From Trichosphaerium sp. ATCC 40318 (Eukaryota > Protista > Tubulinea), in contig JALMLS010000250.1 in the NCBI GenBank assembly GCA_038496445.1, forward strand, positions 1 through 64,000: DNA of 64,000 bases, given 5' to 3'. Below are positions 63,184 to 64,000 of the stretch, piece by piece. Numbering within the stretch: position 1 is the stretch's first letter; every line of letters starts with the position of its first letter. A model generated the notes under the pieces. It did no database searches. It saw only the letters and a list, made by a program, of their open reading frames with translations, and was not told the DNA's origin. The position numbers were made by a program, and so were the translations under genes.

Positions 63184-64000
63184 ATGTCTGAACCACCAAA
63201 GAAGAAGAGAAAGTTGGATTCTAAAGATACAACACCACTAGCAACTGGTAGTGAAAAGTTTGTTTGTGGTGACTTTAGTTTCACACTTTCAGAAACACTT
63301 CTAAACGCGTATCCATCATCTTTTTTCGCGTCTAAACTTCATTTTGAATCATTACAAGATAATTCATCAACAACAACAGTTTTGGAGGAATGTAGGTACG
63401 CATTACCCGTCATATACACCAACTATCACTCTAGTGTTCTAACTCTTCAAAACCAGTCATTCAAAGCATCTCCCGAAAATATTGAGTTTGATGAGAAATG
63501 AAGAAATCACAAATATCGAAGATCCTGGAGGCTTATGGTTTGCAGCAGAATACTATGGTGTACCCATTGTGTGGAAAGACATGAACATGCCTTTTAGCAC
63601 GTGCTTAATACCTCCTTTAGTACTTACAATACTAGGATTTAAACTGCCGATCTTAGCTGCAATAAATATTATCGATGATCTGAGAACAGTGTGGAAAGGC
63701 AATCTGAAGACAAATCTACGTCGTGCCGTACGTTATCTTTGTAACAACAACAAACTGTTTCATAGGCAAGAGGAGGTAGTTTCACAATCACTCTTTGTAG
63801 TGCCGAGAAAGTTGCACGTGGTAGCCCAAAGTTTTTAGCATCAGACCTTGGCAGATCTATAACAGTAAAGTTCCTTAAACACTGTGGCTTGGTATAATCA
63901 TCCAACTTATTCTATATTAATTTTTTCGAATAGAATTGTAGCTTTGCTACTGGGGAGTTCAGAATCTTATGGACAGATGAAGAAGTTGGACCTGCAGTTG
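63184..64000 (+). CDS. KCTD-type BTB/POZ protein with NLS, paralog 2 (runs off window)
   Basis: PPKKKRKL; FTLSETLLNAYPSSFFASKLHFESLQDNSSTTT and EDPGGLWFAAEYYGVP are nearly identical to the minus-strand paralog. Confidence 0.75.

Noticed and set aside
1-64000. Alternative genetic code, selenocysteine or stop readthrough to explain the many short ORFs
   Set aside because: In the conserved genes I traced (MAPK, delta-COP, lipin, kinase), stops fall inside canonical short introns, and TAA, TAG and TGA all terminate genes.
1-64000. U12-type (AT-AC / RTATCCTT) introns, tRNA, rRNA, CRISPR arrays
   Set aside because: None recognised by eye; the GTATCCTT near 24896 is coding (GYPF). A tRNAscan/Infernal run would be needed to exclude RNA genes.

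Overview
AT-rich (about 35% GC by eye), gene-dense eukaryotic genomic DNA with many short spliceosomal introns (mostly about 40-100 nt; GTACGT/GTAAG donors, CTAAC-like branch points, YAG acceptors) and the standard genetic code. The host is probably an amoebozoan-type protist, inferred from an ErkB/ERK7-like MAPK and an amoeba-style receptor tyrosine kinase. I assembled about 30 spliced genes by hand, so exon boundaries are approximate. Conserved genes: GINS Psf3, lipin, GCP2, YEATS/Yaf9, MAPK15-like, delta-COP, a quinone oxidoreductase, a SAM methyltransferase and DenD. These are interleaved with lineage-specific genes. Most notable: (1) two paralogous genes fusing an F-box-like motif to an E2/UBC fold that has lost the catalytic Cys; (2) a UBA-like plus YacP/Rae1-type NYN ribonuclease; (3) a class IV sirtuin fused to an RRM; (4) a mitochondrial repeat protein with a degenerate PD-(D/E)XK/RAP-like domain; (5) strong enrichment of CACGTG (52 copies counted by eye) in promoters and tiny introns; (6) a ~275 bp fold-back dispersed repeat in two divergent promoters; (7) a decayed hAT transposon; (8) several intron-bearing genes from mainly bacterial families. 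No tRNA, rRNA or CRISPR array was recognised.
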